Shown: positions 17,229 through 30,501, counted from the stretch's first letter. The stretch: 32,000 bases of DNA from Flavobacteriaceae bacterium (GCA_965224465.1 OZ245049.1:4560001-4592000), one strand, 5' to 3'. A program made the numbers and translations. Notes: generated from the letters alone by a model not told the origin.

Positions 17229-17442
17229 TAAAAAAAGTTAAAATTTGATTACCCACGGTATTTTACATAGAGTCTGATTTTTCGACGGATTTTTATTTTT
17301 CAGGAGTCACCATTTTTGTTAAATTTCAAGGAGGGAGAAAAAAAGAGGGTAAAGCAGACTCTACTTTTCACATAATCGACGATTTAAGCACTTCTTTTGA
17401 TATTTTAAAAAAGAAAGGAGAATTCAAATAAAATAATAAAAA

Positions 17443-18366
17443 ATGAAAGCACAAAAACACCTCATACTAAGCATTGCAATGCTAGTACTTGTTAATTGTA
17501 AAGGACAAGAAAGTAAAAAAACAAACGATCATAAAAAATACGCAATGAATATACCAAAAAAACAATATTTCCTGAACTATGAGCTATTTATGTCTTATGA
17601 AATATATATAAATGACATGAAAATAGCAAATAACATTCAATCTGGACCAGTATCTGGATTACGATATTTGAACGATTATATTTTGAATTCGGGAAAACAA
17701 ACAATAACATTAATTGACCGTGATTTAGAACCTGATTCTAATATAGCAAATGATATATTTAAAAAAATAAGTTTAGAAATTTATAGTGCAGATGAAAATG
17801 ATGAAAACACAAAGTTGGAAAAGAAGTTTGATTTCCCTGATATACCAACTCCAAGACCATATTATTATAAAAACACATGGGAGTTTGATGTTGAAGTTCC
17901 TTACACCGTAGACGGATGGAAAGATGGGCAAGATTTATCAAAAATAGATCAAAAAGAGTTGAAGAAAATGGTGGTAGCGAAATTTCAACACTTAAGAACA
18001 ATTTTAAATCAAGGAAAAGTAGATCAATTTATGGAAGAAAACGCCAAAGGATATAAGGAATTTGTTATTACCAACTATTATCAAAAAAAATGGCATGAAT
18101 TTGACGAAAACATTAGAGAAACTATAGGTAATCAAAAGGGAATTATGCTTCCTTTAGAGCATTATAAAATGAAAATAGTTGCAAATGGTCAATTGGTAAC
18201 CTTAGAAAGAATTAACCTCCCTTATAAAGGACAAAGTGCATTGTTAGCAATCAATGAAAAAATAAACAGGCTATACACTGATTATATTCATTTATATATG
18301 CCAAAAGGAAAAACAAGCTTAGAGCCAATACGTCTAAATATAGAATATGATCTTGCTCATTTTTAA
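17443..18366 (+). CDS. Family-B lipoprotein (307 aa)
   Basis: Variant with YEIYINDMKIANNIQSGPVSGLRY, EPDSNIAND, INEKINRLYTDY and tail EYDLAHF. Confidence 0.85.
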   Translation: MKAQKHLILSIAMLVLVNCKGQESKKTNDHKKYAMNIPKKQYFLNYELFMSYEIYINDMKIANNIQSGPVSGLRYLNDYILNSGKQTITLIDRDLEPDSNIANDIFKKISLEIYSADENDENTKLEKKFDFPDIPTPRPYYYKNTWEFDVEVPYTVDGWKDGQDLSKIDQKELKKMVVAKFQHLRTILNQGKVDQFMEENAKGYKEFVITNYYQKKWHEFDENIRETIGNQKGIMLPLEHYKMKIVANGQLVTLERINLPYKGQSALLAINEKINRLYTDYIHLYMPKGKTSLEPIRLNIEYDLAHF

Positions 18367-18397
18367 AAACAACAACTTTACAACAGATTAATCATCA

Positions 18398-19497
18398 ATG
18401 ATAAAAAGGCTGCTATCTGGTTTAAGAATTCAAAAACGAGAGGAACATCCTGGCAGCCTGTTTATACTTAATACATTTCCAAGAGACGGTTTAGAAATGG
18501 AATTATTTTTTATATCGGTCATTTTGGATTGTAATTGGTATCATATATACATAGATAAGGTTAAAGGGCAAAGTGGCTTGTCCGAAAAAAAAGAAGTATT
18601 AAAAAAAATCAACTTCTCACTTGGTATAGCCGCTGCTTATGGTACAAATAAAATTAATTTAACACCTGATTTAGGTAAAAAATACATGACCTAATATATG
18701 AGTTTGCCAAAGCCAAAAACTTAATTGATTCTATAAGTGGAAATTCTGTTAGTAAAGAAAAACAAAATTCATTATACAAAAATCGGATAAAAAATCTTGG
18801 TGGAAAATGGATGAAAAAACTAGACAAACTACCTGTTACCATAACAGTGTATCAACCCAGTTTTTCAGCTGGTTTTGCATGGGGTAGGAAAACATTGGAA
18901 TCACAAACAAATTGCAATGCTCCTATAACATATGATGTGTTTTTAAAAGCAGATCCTTTATTTAAAATGGAAGGAAGCCTAGATTTAATTACCTGTGCTA
19001 CTTTTATGCCTGTTATTGGACAGGTAATAAAAGTAGTTGATATTGTATTAAATGTTGCTGGAATAGAGCCTGTATTGAAGCTTACTGCCATGGGGGAAAT
19101 TAAATTATCACTAATAGGTACAATAAAAGTTGACGGCGACACCAATGAGAAAAAACTAGAAACTAAAATGAGTGCAGGACTCAAAATGACTATAGAAGCA
19201 AGTATTACTATAGGAGATGGACTGGTAGGATTTATGTTTGCCGGTGGTGATATTATTGGTGCTGTGACAAAAAACACCTATACCGCCTATGCGGAAACAG
19301 GATTTGAATTAAACCTATCCACTGGCGTTACGGCTCATAAAGGTCCCTATGTAGGAGTGAAACTAGAATTCCTAGGTCTTATTGCCGCAGGGAAATTAGA
19401 AACAAAAATGGATGAATATGGAGGGACTTCCGAAGAACTATTTAAGTATGTTATTATAGAGAAAACTACTTTTATAGATAAAACTTTTTACTTTTAA
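18398..19497 (+). pseudogene. Orphan effector C-terminal cassette 2, frameshifted
   Basis: The A run at 18677-18682 has 6 A, whereas the other copies have 7 (ggtaaaaaaatacatgacc). This splits the ORF into 18398..18694 and 18811..19497. The tail patch is MDEYGGTS. Confidence 0.8.
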
Positions 19498-19501
19498 AAT
19501 T

Positions 19502-20428
<927 letters not shown>

Positions 20429-20439
20429 TAAAAGAAAGT

Positions 20440-21342
20440 ATGAATAGAATTTTATTGATTTCGTGGGGCTGTATTTTTTTCTGTTGTTCAGTGTATGGAC
20501 AACAGAAAAAAAACATGAACACCCAAACCAGCCAACAGAACAATTACCCGTATAAAAACGACAGCCGACCTGGTTATTATTTACAAATAAATAATCAGAA
20601 TTGTTATTACGAACTGGATATAAATGGCTTAAGCAGTACAGAGTATTATGGTGAATATCCTGCTTATTCAACAAGAATACCTCTAAATCTTCAAATATTA
20701 AAAAGTGGAACACAAAGTCTTTCCTTAAAAATAGTTCCTTATAAAGGTGATACCCTGTCTCCAAAAGCCAACCTGCAAATGCGTTTGATAAAATATGCAG
20801 ACATGACAGATTTAGAAAACGAATATGGAGGAAGTACCGTATTGTGGAACTGGGAAATGCCAGATATTGAGAACCAAAAACTACCCTTATTTGTTTATGA
20901 TACTGTATTTAAAGCGGAGGTGCCCTATTCAATTAATACACTTGACACCAAGGCAGTTGATTTATCTAAAATAGACAAAGACATACTGCTAGAGAAAGTA
21001 CTTACAGAATTTACTAGGATTAGAGCATCTGTTATTAATAAAACACAAGACAAAGAAGCTTTATGTAAATTGGTAAATCGTGGAATTATACAATTATACA
21101 AAGGAGAAAAACTTAAAGACGAGGTGGTTGATGATATGATAAATCTTGGAGATGGAAAAGAACCACAAGCCTTAGAGAATTTTGAAATGTGCATGTATTA
21201 TCACAATAGAACTGTAACTCTGGTTAGAAAAGTTAATAAAGGAGCTGTTATCTGGTTTGAGAATCCAGAAACGGGAGGGACATCCTGGCAGCCTGTTTAT
21301 ATATACATAGATAAGGTTACTGGGAAATGGGTGCGATGGTAA
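20440..21342 (+). CDS. Family-A paralog, MNRILL leader form
   Basis: Patch 1 is DINGLSSTEYYGEYPAYSTRIP and patch 2 is CKLVNRGI. Confidence 0.8.
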   Translation: MNRILLISWGCIFFCCSVYGQQKKNMNTQTSQQNNYPYKNDSRPGYYLQINNQNCYYELDINGLSSTEYYGEYPAYSTRIPLNLQILKSGTQSLSLKIVPYKGDTLSPKANLQMRLIKYADMTDLENEYGGSTVLWNWEMPDIENQKLPLFVYDTVFKAEVPYSINTLDTKAVDLSKIDKDILLEKVLTEFTRIRASVINKTQDKEALCKLVNRGIIQLYKGEKLKDEVVDDMINLGDGKEPQALENFEMCMYYHNRTVTLVRKVNKGAVIWFENPETGGTSWQPVYIYIDKVTGKWVRW

Positions 21343-21353
21343 TAAAAGAAAGT

Positions 21354-22256
21354 ATGAATAGAATTTTATTGATTTCGTGGGGCTGTATTTTTTTCTGTTG
21401 TTCAGTGTATGGACAACAGAAAAAAAACATGAACACCCAAACCAGCCAACAGAACAATTACCCGTATAAAAACGACAGCCGACCTGGTTATTATTTGCAA
21501 ATAAATAATCAGAATTGTTATTACGAACTGAGAATTAATGATTTTAATGGAGGTAATTATTTTGGTATGTACCCATCATATTCAGTACGGATCCCTTTAA
21601 ATTTACGAATATTAAAAAGTGGAAAACAAAGTCTTTCTTTAAAAATAGTTCCTTATAAAGGTGATACCCTGTCTCCCAAAGCCAACCTACAAATGCGTTT
21701 GATAAAATATGCAGACATGACAGATTTAGAAAACGAATATGGAGGAAGTACTGTATTGTGGAGCTGGGAAATGCCAGATATTGAGAATCAAAAATTACCC
21801 TTATTTGTTTATGATACTGTATTTAATGCAGAAGTGCCCTATACACTTGATAGACTTGACACCAAGGCAGTTGATTTATCTAAAATAGACAAAGACATAC
21901 TGCTAGAGAAAGTACTTACAGAATTTACTAGGATAAGAGCATCTATTATTAATAAAACACAAGACAAAGAAGCTTTATGTGATTTTATAGATTGTGCACT
22001 TATACAATTATACAAAGGAGAAAAACTTAAAGACGAGGTGATTGATGGTATGATAAATCTTGGAGATGGAAAAGAACCACAACCCTTAGAGAATTTTGAA
22101 ATGCGCATGTATTATCACAATAGAATTGTAACTCTGGTTAGGAAAGTTAATAAAAGGTCTGCTATCTGGTTTGAGAATCCAGAAACAGGAGGGACATCCT
22201 GGCAGCCTGTTAATCTATACATAGATAAGGTTACTGGGAAATGGGTGCGATGGTAA
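21354..22256 (+). CDS. Family-A paralog, MNRILL leader form
   Basis: The predicted protein is identical to the 11282..12184 copy in the ORF track. Confidence 0.8.
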   Translation: MNRILLISWGCIFFCCSVYGQQKKNMNTQTSQQNNYPYKNDSRPGYYLQINNQNCYYELRINDFNGGNYFGMYPSYSVRIPLNLRILKSGKQSLSLKIVPYKGDTLSPKANLQMRLIKYADMTDLENEYGGSTVLWSWEMPDIENQKLPLFVYDTVFNAEVPYTLDRLDTKAVDLSKIDKDILLEKVLTEFTRIRASIINKTQDKEALCDFIDCALIQLYKGEKLKDEVIDGMINLGDGKEPQPLENFEMRMYYHNRIVTLVRKVNKRSAIWFENPETGGTSWQPVNLYIDKVTGKWVRW

Positions 22257-22470
22257 TAAAAAAAGTTAAAATTTGATTACCCACGGTATTTTACATAGAG
22301 TCTGATTTTTCGACGGATTTTTATTTTTCAGGAGTCACCATTTTTGTTAAATTTCAAGGAGGGAGAAAAAAAGAGGGTAAAGCAGACTCTACTTTTCACA
22401 TAATCGACGATTTAAGCACTTCTTTTGATATTTTAAAAAAGAAAGGAGAATTCAAATAAAATAATAAAAA

Positions 22471-23394
22471 ATGAAATCACAAAAACACCTCATACTAAGC
22501 ATTGCAATGCTAGTACTTGTTAATTGTAAAGGACAAGAAAGTAAAAAAACAAACGATCATAAAAAATACGCAATGAATATACCAAAAAAACAATATTTCC
22601 TGAACTATGAGCTATTTATGTCTTATGAATTATATATAAATGATGTAAAATTAACCAATAATTTTCAATCGGGACCAGTATCTGGTATGGAGTATTTGAA
22701 TGATTACATTCTGAATTCGGGAAAACAAACAATAACATTAATTGACCGTGATTTAGAACCTGATTCTAATATGCCAAATGATATATTTAAAAAAATAAGT
22801 TTAGCAATTTATAGTGCAGATGAAAATGATGAAAACACAAAGTTGGAAAAGAAGTTTGATTTCCCTGATATACCAACTCCAAGACCATATTATTATAAAA
22901 ACACATGGGAGTTTGATGCTGAAGTTCCTTACACCGTAGACGGATGGAAAGATGGGCAAGATTTATCAAAAATAGATCAAAAAGAGTTGAAGAAAATGGT
23001 GGTAGCGAAATTTCAACACTTAAGAACAATTTTAAATCAAGGAAAAGTAGATCAATTTATGGAAGAAAACGCCAAAGGATATAAGGAATTTGTTATTACC
23101 AACTATTATCAAAAAAAATGGCATGAATTTGACGAAAACATTAGAGAAACTATAGGTAATCAAAAGGGAATTATGCTTCCTTTAGAGCATTATAAAATGA
23201 AAATAGTTGCAAATGGTCAATTGGTAACCTTAGAAAGAATTAACCTCCCTTATAAAGGACAAAGTGCATTGTTAGCAATCAATGAAAAAGAAAATACGAT
23301 ATACACTGATTATATTCATTTATATATGCCAAAAGGAAAAACAAGCTTAGAGCCAATACGTCTGAATATAGAATATGAGGTTGCTCATTTTTAA
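22471..23394 (+). CDS. Family-B lipoprotein (307 aa)
   Basis: Starts MKSQKH. It is a mosaic of the other B variants: YELYINDVKLTNNFQSGPVSGMEY, then EPDSNMPND, then ETIGNQKG. Confidence 0.85.
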   Translation: MKSQKHLILSIAMLVLVNCKGQESKKTNDHKKYAMNIPKKQYFLNYELFMSYELYINDVKLTNNFQSGPVSGMEYLNDYILNSGKQTITLIDRDLEPDSNMPNDIFKKISLAIYSADENDENTKLEKKFDFPDIPTPRPYYYKNTWEFDAEVPYTVDGWKDGQDLSKIDQKELKKMVVAKFQHLRTILNQGKVDQFMEENAKGYKEFVITNYYQKKWHEFDENIRETIGNQKGIMLPLEHYKMKIVANGQLVTLERINLPYKGQSALLAINEKENTIYTDYIHLYMPKGKTSLEPIRLNIEYEVAHF

Positions 23395-23425
23395 AAACAA
23401 CAACTTTACAACAGATTAATCATCA

Positions 23426-24526
23426 ATGATAAAAAGGCTGCTATCTGGTTTAAGAATTCAAAAACGAGAGGAACATCCTGGCAGCCTGTTTATACCAAAT
23501 ACATTTCCAAGAGACGGTTTAGAAATGGAATTATTTTTTATATCGGTCATTTTGGATTGTAATTGGTATCATATATACATAGATAAGGTTAAAGGGCAAA
23601 GTGGCTTGTCCGAAAAAAAAGAAGTATTAAAAAAAATCAACTTCTCACTTGGTATAGCCGCTGCTTATGGTACAAATAAAATTAATTTAACACCTGATTT
23701 AGGTAAAAAAATACATGACCTAATATATGAGTTTGCCAAAGCCAAAAACTTAATTGATTCTATAAGTGGAAATTCTGTTAGTAAAGAAAAACAAAATTCA
23801 TTATACAAAAATCGGATAAAAAATCTTGGTGGAAAATGGATGAAAAAACTAGACAAACTACCTGTTACCATAACAGTGTATCAACCCAGTTTTTCAGCTG
23901 GTTTTGCATGGGGTAGGAAAACATTGGAATCACAAACAAATTGCAATGCTCCTATAACATATGATGTGTTTTTAAAAGCAGATCCTTTATTTAAAATGGA
24001 AGGAAGCCTAGATTTAATTACCTGTGCTACTTTTATGCCTGTTATTGGACAGGTAATAAAAGTAGTTGATATTGTATTAAATGTTGCTGGAATAGAGCCT
24101 GTATTGAAGCTTACTGCCATGGGGGAAATTAAATTATCACTAATAGGTACAATAAAAGTTGACGGCGACACCAATGAGAAAAAACTAGAAACTAAAATGA
24201 GTGCAGGACTCAAAATGACTATAGAAGCAAGTATTACTATAGGAGATGGACTGGTAGGATTTATGTTTGCCGGTGGTGATATTATTGGCACTGTGACAAA
24301 GAAGACCTATACCGCCTATGCGGAAACAGGATTTGAATTAAACCTATCCACTGGCGTTACGGCTCATAAAGGACCCTATGTAGGAGTGAAACTAGAATTC
24401 CTAGGTCTTATTGCCGCAGGGAAATTAGAAACAAAAGCAGGTAGATATGGAGGGGCTTCCGAAGAATCTTTTAAGTATATTATTATAGAGAAAACTACTT
24501 TTATAGATAAAACTTTTTACTTTTAA
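23426..24526 (+). CDS. Orphan effector C-terminal cassette 3 (open 366-codon ORF)
   Basis: Same structure as cassette 1. The tail patch is AGRYGGAS. Confidence 0.6.
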   Translation: MIKRLLSGLRIQKREEHPGSLFIPNTFPRDGLEMELFFISVILDCNWYHIYIDKVKGQSGLSEKKEVLKKINFSLGIAAAYGTNKINLTPDLGKKIHDLIYEFAKAKNLIDSISGNSVSKEKQNSLYKNRIKNLGGKWMKKLDKLPVTITVYQPSFSAGFAWGRKTLESQTNCNAPITYDVFLKADPLFKMEGSLDLITCATFMPVIGQVIKVVDIVLNVAGIEPVLKLTAMGEIKLSLIGTIKVDGDTNEKKLETKMSAGLKMTIEASITIGDGLVGFMFAGGDIIGTVTKKTYTAYAETGFELNLSTGVTAHKGPYVGVKLEFLGLIAAGKLETKAGRYGGASEESFKYIIIEKTTFIDKTFYF

Positions 24527-24530
24527 AATT

Positions 24531-25451
24531 ATGAATAAAATTTTATTAATTGCTGTTGTTCTTATGCTAACTACAGCTTGCGCACAACAACAACAACAAC
24601 AACAACAACAACAGAAAAAAAATATGAACATCCAAGCCAACCTACAGAACAATTACCCGTATAAAAACGACAGCCGACCTGGTTATTATTTACAAATAAA
24701 TAATCAGAATTGCTATTACGAACTGGATATAAATGGTTTAAGCGGTACAGAGTATTATGGTGAATATCCTGCTTATTCAATAAGAGTACCTCTGAATTTT
24801 CTGTTATTAAAAAGCGGAAAACAAAACCTATCCTTAAAAATAGTTCCTTATAAAGGTGATACCCTGTCTCCAAAAGCCAACCTACAAATGCGTTTGATAA
24901 AATATGCAGACATGACAGATTTAGAAAACGAATATGGAGGAAGTACCGTATTGTGGAGCTGGGAAATGCCAGATATTGAGAACCAAAAACTACCCTTATT
25001 TGTTTATGATACTGTATTTAATGCAGAGGTGCCCTATACAATTAATGCACTTGACAGCAAGGCAGTTGATTTATCTAAAATAGACAAAGACATACTGCTA
25101 GAGAAAGTACTTACAGAATTTACTAGGATAAGAGCAACTATTATTAATAAAACACAAGACAAAGAAGCTTTATGTAAAGGCATGAACCGTCTACTTATTC
25201 AATTATACAAAGGAGAAAAGTTCAAAGACGAGGTGATTGATGGTATGATAAATCTTGGAGACGGAAAAGAACCGCAACCCTTAGAAAATTTTGAAATGCG
25301 CTTGTATTATCACAATAGAATTGTAACTCTGGTTAGAAAAGTTAATAAAAGGGCTGCTATCTGGTTTGAGAATCCAGAAACGGGAGGGACATCCTGGCAG
25401 CCTGTTTATATATACATAGATAAGGTTACTGGGAAATGGGTGCGATGGTAA
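24531..25451 (+). CDS. Family-A lipoprotein, poly-Gln leader form (306 aa)
   Basis: 10 Gln. Patch 1 is DINGLSGTEYYGEYPAYSIRVP followed by LNFLLLKSG, and patch 2 is CKGMNRLL. This is the most divergent A copy. Confidence 0.85.
   Translation: MNKILLIAVVLMLTTACAQQQQQQQQQQKKNMNIQANLQNNYPYKNDSRPGYYLQINNQNCYYELDINGLSGTEYYGEYPAYSIRVPLNFLLLKSGKQNLSLKIVPYKGDTLSPKANLQMRLIKYADMTDLENEYGGSTVLWSWEMPDIENQKLPLFVYDTVFNAEVPYTINALDSKAVDLSKIDKDILLEKVLTEFTRIRATIINKTQDKEALCKGMNRLLIQLYKGEKFKDEVIDGMINLGDGKEPQPLENFEMRLYYHNRIVTLVRKVNKRAAIWFENPETGGTSWQPVYIYIDKVTGKWVRW
24585..24614 (+). repeat. (CAA)9CAG microsatellite, 10 Gln
   Basis: Counted base by base. Confidence 0.98.
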
Positions 25452-25462
25452 TAAAAGAAAGT

Positions 25463-26365
25463 ATGAATAGAATTTTATTGATTTCGTGGGGCTGTATTTT
25501 TTTCTGTTGTTCAGTGTATGGACAACAGAAAAAAAACATGAACACCCAAACCAGCCAACAGAACAATTACCCGTATAAAAACGACAGCCGACCTGGTTAT
25601 TATTTACAAATAAATAATCAGAATTGTTATTACGAACTGGATATAAATGGCTTAAGCAGTACAGAGTATTATGGTGAATATCCTGCTTATTCAACAAGAA
25701 TACCTCTAAATCTTCAAATATTAAAAAGTGGAACACAAAGTCTTTCCTTAAAAATAGTTCCTTATAAAGGTGATACCCTGTCTCCAAAAGCCAACCTGCA
25801 AATGTGTTTGATAAAATATGCAGACATGACAGATTTAGAAAACGAATATGGAGGAAGTACCGTATTGTGGAACTGGGAAATGCCAGATATTGAGAACCAA
25901 AAACTACCCTTATTTGTTTATGATACTGTATTTAAAGCGGAGGTGCCCTATTCAATTAATACACTTGACACCAAGGCAGTTGATTTATCTAAAATAGACA
26001 AAGACATACTGCTAGAGAAAGTACTTACAGAATTTACTAGGATTAGAGCATCTGTTATTAATAAAACACAAGACAAAGAAGCTTTATGTAAATTGGTAAA
26101 TCGTGGAATTATACAATTATACAAAGGAGAAAAACTTAAAGACGAGGTGGTTGATGATATGATAAATCTTGGAGATGGAAAAGAACCACAAGCCTTAGAG
26201 AATTTTGAAATGTGCATGTATTATCACAATAGAACTGTAACTCTGGTTAGAAAAGTTAATAAAGGAGCTGTTATCTGGTTTGAGAATCCAGAAACGGGAG
26301 GGACATCCTGGCAGCCTGTTTATATATACATAGATAAGGTTACTGGGAAATGGGTGCGATGGTAA
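25463..26365 (+). CDS. Family-A paralog, MNRILL leader form
   Basis: Same as the 20440 copy except for one substitution (LQMCLIKY instead of LQMRLIKY). Confidence 0.8.
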   Translation: MNRILLISWGCIFFCCSVYGQQKKNMNTQTSQQNNYPYKNDSRPGYYLQINNQNCYYELDINGLSSTEYYGEYPAYSTRIPLNLQILKSGTQSLSLKIVPYKGDTLSPKANLQMCLIKYADMTDLENEYGGSTVLWNWEMPDIENQKLPLFVYDTVFKAEVPYSINTLDTKAVDLSKIDKDILLEKVLTEFTRIRASVINKTQDKEALCKLVNRGIIQLYKGEKLKDEVVDDMINLGDGKEPQALENFEMCMYYHNRTVTLVRKVNKGAVIWFENPETGGTSWQPVYIYIDKVTGKWVRW

Positions 26366-26376
26366 TAAAAGAAAGT

Positions 26377-27279
26377 ATGAATAGAATTTTATTGATTTCG
26401 TGGGGCTGTATTTTTTTCTGTTGTTCAGTGTATGGACAACAGAAAAAAAACATGAATACCCAAACCAGCCAACAGAACAATTACCCGTATAAAAACGACA
26501 GCCGACCTGGTTATTATTTGCAAATAAATAATCAGAATTGTTATTACAAACTGAGAATTAATGATTTTAAAGGAGGTTATTATTTTGGTATGTACCCATC
26601 ATATTCAGTACGAATCCCTTTAAATCTTCAAATCTTAAAAAGTGGAACACAAAGTCTTTCCTTAAAAATAGTTCCTTATAAAGGTGATACCCTGTCTCCA
26701 AAAGCCAACCTGCAAATGCGTTTGATAAAATATGCAGACATGACAGATTTAGAAAATGAATATGGAGGAAGTACCGTATTGTGGAACTGGGAAATGCCAG
26801 ATATTGAGAATCAAAAACTACCCTTATTTGTTTATGATACTGTATTTAATGCAGAGGTGCCCTATACAATTAATACACTTGACACCAAGGCAGTTGATTT
26901 ATCTAAAATAGACAAAGACATACTGCTAGAGAAAGTACTTACAGAATTTACTAGAATAAGAGCAACTATTATTAATAAAACACAAGACAAAGAAGCTTTA
27001 TCTAAAGCTATAAAACGCCCACTTATACAATTATACAAAGGGAAAAAACTTAAAGAAGAGGTGATTGATGGTATGATAAATCTTGGAGATGGAAAAGAAC
27101 CACAACCCTTAGAGAATTTTGAAATGCGCATGTATTATCACAATAGAATTGTAACTCTGGTTAGGAAAGTTAATAAAAGGGCTGCTATCTGGTTTGAGGA
27201 TCCAGAAACGGGAGGGACATCCTGGCAGCCTGTTTATATATACATAGATAAGGTTACTGGGAAATGGGTGCGATGGTAA
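26377..27279 (+). CDS. Family-A paralog, MNRILL leader form
   Basis: Patch 1 is RINDFKGGYYFGMYPSYSVRIP and patch 2 is SKAIKRPL. Confidence 0.8.
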   Translation: MNRILLISWGCIFFCCSVYGQQKKNMNTQTSQQNNYPYKNDSRPGYYLQINNQNCYYKLRINDFKGGYYFGMYPSYSVRIPLNLQILKSGTQSLSLKIVPYKGDTLSPKANLQMRLIKYADMTDLENEYGGSTVLWNWEMPDIENQKLPLFVYDTVFNAEVPYTINTLDTKAVDLSKIDKDILLEKVLTEFTRIRATIINKTQDKEALSKAIKRPLIQLYKGKKLKEEVIDGMINLGDGKEPQPLENFEMRMYYHNRIVTLVRKVNKRAAIWFEDPETGGTSWQPVYIYIDKVTGKWVRW

Positions 27280-27490
27280 TAAAAAAAGTTAAAATTTGAT
27301 TACCCACGGTATTTTACATAGAGTCTGATTTTTCGACGGATTTTTATTTTTCAGGAGTCACCATTTTTGTTAAATTTCAAGGAGGGAGAAAGAAAAAGGA
27401 TAAACCCTCTACTTTTTCCATAATCGACGATTTAAGCACTTCTTTTGATATTTTAAAAAAGAAAGGAGAATTCAAATAAAATAATAAAAA

Positions 27491-28414
27491 ATGAAAGCAC
27501 AAAAACACCTCATACTAAGCATTGCAATGCTAGTACTTGTTAATTGTAAAGGACAAGAAAGTAAAAAAACAAACGATCATAAAAAATACGCAATGAATAT
27601 ACCAAAAAAACAATATTTCCTGAACTATGAGCTATTTATGTCTTATGAATTATATATAAATGATGTAAAATTAACCAATTACATTCAATTGGGACCAGTA
27701 TCTGGTATGGAGTATTTGAATGATTACATTCTGAATTCGGGAAAACAAACAATAACATTAATTGACCGTGATTTAAAACCTAATTCTAATATGCCAAATG
27801 ATATATTTAAAAAAATAAGTTTAGCAATTTATAGTGCAGATGAAAATGATGAAAACACAAAGTTGGAAAAGAAGTTTGATTTCCCTGATATACCAACTCC
27901 AATACCATATTATTATAAAAACACATGGGAGTTTGATGCCGAAGTTCCCTACACAATAGATGGATGGAAAGATGGACAAGATTTATCAAAAATAGATCAA
28001 AAAGAGTTGGAAAAAATGGTGGTAGCTAAATTTCAACACTTAAGAACAATTTTAAATCAAGGAAAAGTGGATCAATTTATGGAAGAAAACGCCAAAGGAT
28101 ATAAGGAATTTGTTATTGCCAACTATTATCAAAAAAAATGGCATGAATTTGACGAAAATATTAGAGAATTAGTAGAAGATCAAGAAGGTTTTATGCTTCC
28201 TTTAGAGGATTATAAAATGAAAGTAGTTGCAAATGGTCAATTGGTAACCTTGGAAAGAATTAACCTTCCTTATAAAGGACAAAGTGCATTATTAGCAATC
28301 GATGAAAAAGAGAATACGATATACACTGATTATATTCATTTATATATGCCAAAAGGAAAAACAAGCTTAGAGCCAATACGTCTGAATATAGAATATGAGG
28401 TTGCTCATTTTTAA
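27491..28414 (+). CDS. Family-B lipoprotein (307 aa)
   Basis: Same variant as 13310 except for the C-terminal end (EVAHF). Confidence 0.85.
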   Translation: MKAQKHLILSIAMLVLVNCKGQESKKTNDHKKYAMNIPKKQYFLNYELFMSYELYINDVKLTNYIQLGPVSGMEYLNDYILNSGKQTITLIDRDLKPNSNMPNDIFKKISLAIYSADENDENTKLEKKFDFPDIPTPIPYYYKNTWEFDAEVPYTIDGWKDGQDLSKIDQKELEKMVVAKFQHLRTILNQGKVDQFMEENAKGYKEFVIANYYQKKWHEFDENIRELVEDQEGFMLPLEDYKMKVVANGQLVTLERINLPYKGQSALLAIDEKENTIYTDYIHLYMPKGKTSLEPIRLNIEYEVAHF

Positions 28415-28445
28415 AAACAACAACTTTACAACAGATTAATCATCA

Positions 28446-29546
28446 ATGATAAAAAGGCTGCTATCTGGTTTAAGAATTCAAAAACGAGAGGAACATCCTG
28501 GCAGCCTGTTTATACCAAATACATTTCCAAGAGACGGTTTAGAAATGGAATTATTTTTTATATCGGTCATTTTGGATTGTAATTGGTATCATATATACAT
28601 AGATAAGGTTAAAGGGCAAAGTGGCTTGTCCGAAAAAAAAGAAGTATTAAAAAAAATCAACTTCTCACTTGGTATAGCCGCTGCTTATGGTACAAATAAA
28701 ATTAATTTAACACCTGATTTAGGTAAAAAAATACATGACCTAATATATGAGTTTGCCAAAGCCAAAAACTTAATTGATTCTATAAGTGGAAATTCTGTTA
28801 GTAAAGAAAAACAAAATTCATTATACAAAAATCGGATAAAAAATCTTGGTGGAAAATGGATGAAAAAACTAGACAAACTACCTGTTACCATAACAGTGTA
28901 TCAACCCAGTTTTTCAGCTGGTTTTGCATGGGGTAGGAAAACATTGGAATCACAAACAAATTGCAATGCTCCTATAACATATGATGTGTTTTTAAAAGCA
29001 GATCCTTTATTTAAAATGGAAGGAAGCCTAGATTTAATTACCTGTGCTACTTTTATGCCTGTTATTGGACAGGTAATAAAAGTAGTTGATATTGTATTAA
29101 ATGTTGCTGGAATAGAGCCTGTATTGAAGCTTACTGCCATGGGGGAAATTAAATTATCACTAATAGGTACAATAAAAGTTGACGGCGACACCAATGAGAA
29201 AAAACTAGAAACTAAAATGAGTGCAGGACTCAAAATGACTATAGAAGCAAGTATTACTATAGGAGATGGACTGGTAGGATTTATGTTTGCTGGTGGTGAT
29301 ATTATTGGCACTGTGACAAAGAAGACCTATACCGCCTATGCGGAAACAGGATTTGAATTAAACCTATCCACTGGCGTTACGGCTCATAAAGGCCCCTATG
29401 TAGGAGTGAAACTAGAATTCCTAGGTCTTATTGCCGCAGGGAAATTAGAAACAAAAATGGATGAATATGGAGGGACTTCCGAAGAATCTTTTAAGTATAT
29501 TATTATAGAGAAAACTACTTTTATAGATAAAACTTTTTACTTTTAA
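28446..29546 (+). CDS. Orphan effector C-terminal cassette 4 (open 366-codon ORF)
   Basis: The tail patch is MDEYGGTS followed by EESFKYIII. Confidence 0.6.
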   Translation: MIKRLLSGLRIQKREEHPGSLFIPNTFPRDGLEMELFFISVILDCNWYHIYIDKVKGQSGLSEKKEVLKKINFSLGIAAAYGTNKINLTPDLGKKIHDLIYEFAKAKNLIDSISGNSVSKEKQNSLYKNRIKNLGGKWMKKLDKLPVTITVYQPSFSAGFAWGRKTLESQTNCNAPITYDVFLKADPLFKMEGSLDLITCATFMPVIGQVIKVVDIVLNVAGIEPVLKLTAMGEIKLSLIGTIKVDGDTNEKKLETKMSAGLKMTIEASITIGDGLVGFMFAGGDIIGTVTKKTYTAYAETGFELNLSTGVTAHKGPYVGVKLEFLGLIAAGKLETKMDEYGGTSEESFKYIIIEKTTFIDKTFYF

Positions 29547-29550
29547 AATT

Positions 29551-30501
<951 letters not shown>

